DNA of 63,354 bases, counting the filler, from Reticulomyxa filosa (Eukaryota > Protista > Foraminifera), in NCBI GenBank assembly GCA_000512085.1. It is 13 parts of 13 records of this genome, joined end to end, with 100 filler letters (N's around TTAATTAATTAA, not from the genome) between each part and the next. Parts side by side here need not be neighbours in the genome. Positions count along the whole stretch, not along the records: positions 60,561 to 63,354 come from ASPP01022530.1; 12 more parts are not named here. One strand, 5' to 3'. The notes below the pieces were generated by a model. The model saw only the letters and a list, made by a program, of their open reading frames with translations, searched no databases and was not told the origin of the DNA. Below, piece by piece: positions 63,262 to 63,354 of the stretch. Numbering within the stretch: the first letter of the stretch is position 1; every line of letters starts with the position of its first letter. The translations under genes were made by a program, and so were the position numbers.

Positions 63262-63354
63262 TTGTCTCTGTTTATTTATATGAGAATAGCAACTTACATT
63301 TTGCAATCATTATGCAAAAAAAAAAAAAAAAAATAAAAAAAAAAAAAAAAAAAA

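Overview
This window is not one locus. It is 13 unrelated contigs joined by identical 100-bp artificial spacers (N44-TTAATTAATTAA-N44), so adjacency across a spacer means nothing. Twelve contigs are AT-rich, intron-rich eukaryotic DNA with many homopolymer frameshifts. The expanded Kelch, WD40 and TPR families and the abundant pseudogenes suggest a foraminiferan such as Reticulomyxa filosa (inference). Recognisable eukaryotic genes: Nup205, RPL5, a UPF2-like gene, a PDZ/IST1-tail protein, an RRM-MLLE protein, kinesin-14, a type IIC Na+/K+-ATPase, L-rhamnonate dehydratase, an Asp/Glu racemase, an amidase, PH, chromodomain, Kelch and WD40 proteins, and LINE relics. One contig (14589-17388) is bacterial and endosymbiont-like: Rpn nuclease, MITE, cold-shock fragment, outer-membrane beta-barrel and TPR protein. 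Most notable observations: (1) a Na+/K+-ATPase with a ubiquitin-like domain inserted in its nucleotide-binding domain, a greatly enlarged M7-M8 loop and altered Na+ site III residues; (2) a tandem amidase-racemase-dehydratase cluster with peroxisomal-type C-termini; (3) an unannotated ~285-nt structured RNA candidate; (4) a UPF2 lacking its second MIF4G domain; (5) GTT-dominated splice donors with A-rich acceptors. All protein calls come from motif recognition by eye, with no database search.
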